From Brevundimonas sp. (GTDB taxonomy: Bacteria > Pseudomonadota > Alphaproteobacteria > Caulobacterales > Caulobacteraceae): a stretch of DNA of 64,000 nucleotides. Positions 61,026-64,000 of the stretch are shown one piece after another; position 1 is the first letter of the stretch; each line of letters begins with the position of its first letter. The notes under the pieces were generated by a model. The model was not told the origin of the DNA. It was given only the letters and a program-made list of their open reading frames with translations, and did no database searches. The position numbers were made by a program, and so were the translations under genes. The stretch lies in the NCBI RefSeq assembly GCF_035935935.1, contig NZ_DASYWO010000004.1, positions 209,787-273,786 of the forward strand, in the 5' to 3' direction.

Positions 61026-61125
61026 CATGCCGGGGCGGGGCTGGCGTCCCGCCGTCGGATCGCCTAATCACCCGCGCGGCGACGCCGGTCGCCGACCTCC
61101 CCTCGCCGCGATCCGAAGGCCCGGA

Positions 61126-62013
61126 ATGTCCATTCTCGTCGACAAGAACACCAAGGTCATCACCCAGGGCATCACCGGCGCCCAGGGCACCTTCCACACG
61201 GAGCAGGCCATCGCCTACGGCACCCAGGTCGTCGGCGGCGTGACGCCCGGCAAGGGCGGCATGACGGTGCTGGAAGACGTCCCCGTGTTCGACACCGTCC
61301 GCGAAGCCGTCGACAAGACCGGCGCGAACGCCTCGGCCATCTACGTCCCGCCCCCCTTCGCCGCCGCGGCGATCCTGGAGGCCATCGAGGCCGAGGTGCC
61401 GCTGATCGTCTGCATCACCGAGGGCATTCCCGTGATGGACATGGTCAAGGTCAAGGCCCGTCTGGAAACCTCGAGCTCCCGCCTGATCGGCCCGAACTGC
61501 CCGGGCGTGCTGACGCCGGGCGAATGCAAGATCGGCATCATGCCGGGCAACATCTTCAAGAAGGGCTCCGTCGGCGTGGTCTCGCGCTCGGGCACCCTGA
61601 CCTATGAGGCCGTGTTCCAGACCTCCAACGCCGGCCTGGGTCAGACCACGGCCGTCGGCATCGGCGGCGACCCGGTCAAGGGCACCGAGTTCATCGACGT
61701 GCTGGAGATGTTCCTGGCCGACGACGCGACCGAGTCGATCATCATGATCGGCGAGATCGGCGGCAGCGCCGAGGAAGACGCCGCCCAGTTCCTGATCGAC
61801 GAGGCGAAGAAGGGCCGTCGCAAGCCCATGGCCGGCTTCATCGCGGGCCGCACCGCCCCTCCGGGCCGCACCATGGGCCACGCCGGGGCCATCGTCTCGG
61901 GCGGCAAGGGCGGCGCCGACGACAAGATCGCGGCCATGGAGGCGGCGGGCATCCGCGTGTCGCCGTCCCCGGCGGCGCTGGGCGAGACCCTGCTGGCGGC
62001 CCTCAAGGGCTGA
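61126..62013 (+). CDS. sucD: succinate--CoA ligase subunit alpha
   Basis: [24 protein letters not shown]... and the GHAGAI active-site His loop. 295 aa. Confidence 0.97.
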   Translation: MSILVDKNTKVITQGITGAQGTFHTEQAIAYGTQVVGGVTPGKGGMTVLEDVPVFDTVREAVDKTGANASAIYVPPPFAAAAILEAIEAEVPLIVCITEGIPVMDMVKVKARLETSSSRLIGPNCPGVLTPGECKIGIMPGNIFKKGSVGVVSRSGTLTYEAVFQTSNAGLGQTTAVGIGGDPVKGTEFIDVLEMFLADDATESIIMIGEIGGSAEEDAAQFLIDEAKKGRRKPMAGFIAGRTAPPGRTMGHAGAIVSGGKGGADDKIAAMEAAGIRVSPSPAALGETLLAALKG

Positions 62014-62020
62014 GGTCTCC

Positions 62021-62044
62021 AAAAGCGCGAATTTCCGCGCTTTT
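62021..62044 (+). terminator. intrinsic terminator / attenuator between sucD and sucA
   Basis: AAAAGCGCG-aatttc-CGCGCTTTT is a perfect hairpin with a T-run. It is symmetrical, so it could act on either strand. Confidence 0.6.
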
Positions 62045-62145
62045 CGCCAAGCTTCGGTCATGACCCGTGAGCAATTGGCGCTTATATGAGCGCCGGCCCG
62101 GCCGCAGACGTGCGCGCGCGGGCTCATGGGACGATAGAAGAGACG

Positions 62146-64000
62146 ATGGCTGACGACGCCGGACGGCTGAACCAGGTCTTTGCCGAGACCAGCTTCCTGT
62201 ACGGCTCGAACGCCGCCTTCATCGAGGATCTGCACGCCCGCTGGGCCGAGGACCCGGCTTCCGTCTCGGGTGAGTGGCGCGCCTTTTTCGACCAGCTGCG
62301 CGACAACGCCGACGCGGTGAAGGCCAGCGCCGGCGCCGGCGCCTGGGGGCGCCCGGTGACGCGTGAGCCCAGCGAGGACACCGCGCCCTTTGACGGCCGC
62401 TGGCCGGCCGCGAAGCCGGATCCGAAGACGGCGAAGTCCGCGCCCGCTGCGGCCTCGGCCGACGCGGTGCGCTCCGCGGCTCAGGATTCCATTCGCGCCC
62501 TGATGCTGATCCGCAGCTATCGCGTGCGCGGCCACCTGCAGGCCAATCTTGACCCGCTGGGCATCGAGCCGCCGGTCCAGAACCCGGAGCTGACCCCGGA
62601 ATTCCACGGCTTCGGGCCCGGCGACCTGGACCGCCCGATCTTCCTCGACGGCGTCTTGGGCCTGCAGACCGGCACCATCCGCGAGGTCCTGTCGATCCTG
62701 AAGGCCACCTACTGCGGCAACGTCGGCGTGCAGTTCATGCACATCGCCGAGCCCGACGAGAAGTCGTGGCTGCAGCAGAGGTTCGAGGGCGCGGATTCGC
62801 AAGCCCGCACCGGCTTCTCGAAGGAAGGCAAGCTGGCCATCCTCAACAAGCTGATCGAGGCCGAGGGCTTCGAGCGCTTCCTGCACAAGCGCTTCCCCGG
62901 CACGAAGCGCTTCGGTCTGGACGGCGGCGAGGCCATGGTCCCGGCGCTGGAGCAGATCATCAAGCGCGGCGGCGCCCTGGGCGTCGACGAGATCGTGCTG
63001 GGCATGGCCCACCGGGGTCGCCTGAACGTGCTGGCGGCGGTGATGGGCAAGCCCTACCGCGCCATCTTCCACGAGTTCCAGGGCGGTTCGTCGGTCCCGT
63101 CCGACATCGAGGGTTCGGGCGACGTCAAATACCACATGGGCGCCAGTTCGGACCGCGAGTTCGATGGCAACCGCGTGCACCTGTCGCTGACCGCCAACCC
63201 CTCGCACCTCGAGATCGTCAATCCGGTCGTGCTGGGCAAGGCGCGGGCGAAGCAGGCGTTCGACATCCGCGAGGCCACCGGCGGCGCGACGGAGCCCAAG
63301 GGCGTGCTGGATCGCACCAAGGTCATGCCGCTGCTGATCCACGGCGACGCCGCCTTCGCCGGCCAGGGCGTCGTGGCCGAATGCTTCGCCCTGATGGGGC
63401 TGAAGGGCTACCGCACCGGCGGCACCGTCCACTTCGTGGTGAACAACCAGATCGGCTTCACCACCTCGCCGCGCAACAGCCGCAGCTCGCCCTATCCGTC
63501 CGACGTCGCCCTGATGGTCCAGGCGCCCATCTTCCACGTCAACGGGGACGATCCGGAAGCGGTGGTGTTCGCCGCCAAGGTCGCCGCCGAGTACCGCCAG
63601 AAATTCCACAAGGACGTGGTGGTGGACATGTTCTGCTACCGTCGCTTCGGCCACAACGAAGGCGACGATCCGACCTTCACCCAGCCGCTGATGTATTCGA
63701 AGATCAAGGCCCAGCCGTCGACGCGTGAGCTCTACGCCCGTCGTCTGGTGGAGGAGGGCGTGATCGCCGCCGCCGAGGTGGACGCCGAGGTGTCGCGCTT
63801 CGAAAAGTTCCTCGACGCCGAGTTCGACGCCGGCAAGGACTTCGCCGCGAAGAAGGCGGACTGGCTGGATGGTCAGTGGAAGGGCGTGGGTCTGCCCGAG
63901 GACGACGAGCGCCGCGGCAAGACCGCCGTCCCGCTGGAGAAGCTGAAGTCGCTGGGCGACCGGCTGACCTCGATCCCCGCCTCGGTCGACGTGCACAAGA
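62146..64000 (+). CDS. sucA: 2-oxoglutarate dehydrogenase E1 component, partial (runs off the right edge)
   Basis: My own translation from ATG 62146: MADDAGRLNQVFAETSFLYGSNAAFIEDLHARWAEDPASVSGEWRAFF..., the canonical SucA N-terminus. The frame stays open to the window end, so it is absent from the ORF track. Confidence 0.93.
   Translation, partial: MADDAGRLNQVFAETSFLYGSNAAFIEDLHARWAEDPASVSGEWRAFFDQLRDNADAVKASAGAGAWGRPVTREPSEDTAPFDGRWPAAKPDPKTAKSAPAAASADAVRSAAQDSIRALMLIRSYRVRGHLQANLDPLGIEPPVQNPELTPEFHGFGPGDLDRPIFLDGVLGLQTGTIREVLSILKATYCGNVGVQFMHIAEPDEKSWLQQRFEGADSQARTGFSKEGKLAILNKLIEAEGFERFLHKRFPGTKRFGLDGGEAMVPALEQIIKRGGALGVDEIVLGMAHRGRLNVLAAVMGKPYRAIFHEFQGGSSVPSDIEGSGDVKYHMGASSDREFDGNRVHLSLTANPSHLEIVNPVVLGKARAKQAFDIREATGGATEPKGVLDRTKVMPLLIHGDAAFAGQGVVAECFALMGLKGYRTGGTVHFVVNNQIGFTTSPRNSRSSPYPSDVALMVQAPIFHVNGDDPEAVVFAAKVAAEYRQKFHKDVVVDMFCYRRFGHNEGDDPTFTQPLMYSKIKAQPSTRELYARRLVEEGVIAAAEVDAEVSRFEKFLDAEFDAGKDFAAKKADWLDGQWKGVGLPEDDERRGKTAVPLEKLKSLGDRLTSIPASVDVHK

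Noticed and set aside
60340-63996. 1218-aa minus-strand ORF. Similar long antisense ORFs are 53821-56130, 41794-44100, 8984-11143, 18893-21178, 5282-7114, 36690-38456, 56152-57798 and 11724-13346.
   Set aside because: All are antisense or out of frame to strongly supported genes (sucD/sucA, TonB receptor, kinase, uvrC, S46 peptidase, CHAT, MFS, and others). All have Arg/Gly/Pro-rich low-complexity translations, so they are treated as GC artefacts.

Overview
High-GC (about 65-70%) alphaproteobacterial chromosome segment; the gene content looks Caulobacterales or Brevundimonas-like, but that is inference only. About 65 protein genes are densely packed, and most are housekeeping. They include uvrC, pgsA, folB, gluQ, thiC with its TPP riboswitch, ligD, vsr, dapF, glpK, nadE, ftsY and sucC/sucD/sucA. 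There are also peptide-scavenging functions (an S46 peptidase, two tandem prolyl oligopeptidases, a TonB-dependent receptor) and a GnnA/GnnB-like amino-sugar pair. I saw no rRNA, tRNA, CRISPR array, integrase or transposase. The many very long R/G/P-rich ORFs antisense to conserved genes are high-GC artefacts. The standout is a roughly 2 kb low-GC islet (23267-25325) wedged between thiC and a DsbA-family gene. It carries an orphan 522-aa reverse transcriptase with all RT motifs (catalytic FADD). Upstream is a ~170-nt structured non-coding leader with a perfect 10-bp inverted repeat and a 9-nt direct repeat. Downstream is a convergent 69-aa zinc-ribbon gene. There are no group II intron, retron or DGR hallmarks, so it is a candidate defence-type (UG/DRT-like) or otherwise uncharacterised RT system. 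Secondary oddities: a four-helix-bundle ('23S rRNA IVS protein'/Avd-fold) gene bracketed by inverted heptamer arrays; three paralogous secreted proteins plus a terminator-like hairpin splitting sucC from sucD; a secreted CHAT-protease two-gene module; and an orphan vsr abutting ligD with no dcm or ku nearby.
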